DNA of 63,921 bases, counting the filler, from Octopus bimaculoides (lineage: Eukaryota), in assembly GCF_001194135.2 (NCBI RefSeq). It is 5 parts of 5 records of this genome, joined end to end, with 100 filler letters (N's around TTAATTAATTAA, not from the genome) between each part and the next. Parts side by side here need not be neighbours in the genome. Positions count along the whole stretch, not along the records: positions 56,024 to 63,921 come from NC_068989.1; 4 more parts are not named here. One strand, given 5' to 3'. Below are positions 62,454-63,921 of this stretch, piece by piece. Both the position numbers and the translations under genes were made by a program. The notes beneath the pieces are model-generated. The model was not told the DNA's origin and did no database searches. It worked only from the letters and a program-made list of their open reading frames with translations. Position 1 is the first letter of the stretch. Each line of letters starts with the position of its first letter.

Positions 62454-63329
62454 GGCAGAGACGTGCGTTTAAAATGAATATAGTCTTTTCTAAGGAACTT
62501 TTTGTCCACTATTCACTAAAACGAAAACAAGTGAGCTACTGAAAAGACAATCCCTTTCTTTGTTCTTAAACTGGAGAAATTATATGTAGGACGGTGGAAT
62601 TGTTTTTAAACTAAAGAAATATGTAGGATGGTAGAAAATAAAATCACAATAGATGCAGGAACTAAAGGAGTGACAAAAATTTTAGAAAAGACATAGGTAA
62701 TTTAAAATAAAACCCTTATAAATGCAGCGGCAAAAGGTAGGGCAAAGTCTCCTGTACAATGTTCTCATGTTCTATGTATTTTACAATGTTTTGATTCACA
62801 CGATCTATTGTAAACGTTATTTCACCTTTCAAATTATACGGCCTTGACGTTGAATGATACAACGTCACTTTTCTAAACTACAACCTTCAATAGTAAATGT
62901 AAGAAAACCCGGAATTTATTTATATTTTAAAAAATAATGATTTCGCTTTCTGTCTAACCGGTGATTAACAGTAAGTCCTCAAACCAACACAAAGATCCTC
63001 CTTCATACTTATTTTTTTAAAAACAGGAACTTTTATGTAAACTACGGAGGTGGTATAGATATCACGTTGATATACATGTGTGTATTTTACCGGCCCAAGT
63101 TGTCAGATTATTGAACTTCCAAAATGGTAGCTCAATGGTTCGTACCCCGTCATCGGCACTATATTTTGTACTTAATCAAAATATCTTAATTTATGTTGGC
63201 CATTTTAATAAAGTTGGATATAGGTACCTAGTGGGGTTGTTATTACTGTCGTTGCTTTTAAGCCAGAATCAATTCTGATAAAGCAGAACTATGAACAAAC
63301 CAATTTTAAAACAACCAGGAAGGAAATAA

Positions 63330-63921
63330 GCTATGTAGTATGAAATTTGCTTACCAACCACAGTATTCTGGGTTCAGTTACACAGCTTGACGCCTTGAGC
63401 AAGTGTCTCCTATAACAACCCGGACCGACTAAAGCCCTTGTGAGTAGATTTGGTAGGCAAAAACTGCAAAAAAAAAGAGACCTGTCGTATATGTGTGTAC
63501 CTTTCTTTTTGCGTTTGACCCCACCACATTTCAGAACTTGTGTTTGGCCCCTACTCCAAATTTCAGGCTTCGTGCCTTTAGTAGAAAGGATTATTATTAT
63601 TATTATTTATATGGAGACTAGGTGGCGAACTGGCAGAACCGTTAGCATTCCGGTATTCTGTCTGTAAGGCTGACTTTGCCTTCTATTTTTAATCGTTCCC
63701 AAGGCATCTCATTATGGAAAGTGTTTCTTTTTTCAATCTCACATTCTGTTTATCTCTATTTTCAGATCTTTGTATTTGGGTAGTTCTTTCATTTCATTTA
63801 AAGATTTAATACCATCTTTGATATTGGTATAAAGGATACATTAATCATCATCATCATCATCATTATTAAGGCGGCGAGCAGACAGAATCGTTAGCACGCC
63901 GGTATTCTGTCTGTAAGGCTG
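63330..63921 (+). mobile_element. Cluster of degraded SINEs: family A remnant and family B pieces
   Basis: GGTTCAGT...CCTTGAGCAAGTGTCT (family A); GGCG(A/G)...CAGAA.CGTTAGCA and ...GTAGAAAGGATTATT (family B). Confidence 0.65.

Noticed and set aside
62357-62543. Plus-strand frame containing ILMRCW, reminiscent of a kinase C-lobe
   Set aside because: The downstream P..RP.F motif is absent, and the region is better explained as the minus-strand promoter and exon 1.

Overview
AT-rich, microsatellite-dense eukaryotic genomic DNA with many N gaps. The SINE repertoire and repeat style point to an octopus (coleoid cephalopod) draft scaffold; this is inference from recalled repeat families, not a database match. 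Nearly all ORFs in the supplied track are microsatellite or gap artefacts. Most of the window is decayed mobile DNA: three or four tRNA-derived SINE families, several RTE LINE pieces, a Tx1/L1 3' end, an R4/Dong-type fragment inside a (TAA)n array, two Penelope-like GIY-YIG remnants, minimal hammerhead-like motifs, Tc1 and mariner remnants, a Helitron remnant and several MITE/fold-back elements. The main result is a spliced minus-strand gene that the ORF track misses or mis-starts. It has a TATA box at -31 and a TCAGT initiator (62453/62422), a non-coding exon 1 (62422-62338), a signal-peptide exon 2 (58714-58653) and a phase-matched exon 3 (from 56213). The predicted product is a secreted Ala/Pro/Val-rich protein built of 24-aa repeats that runs into an assembly gap. 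I do not recognise it as any known family. There are no rRNA genes, intact tRNA genes or CRISPR arrays. Coordinates of decayed repeats are approximate.
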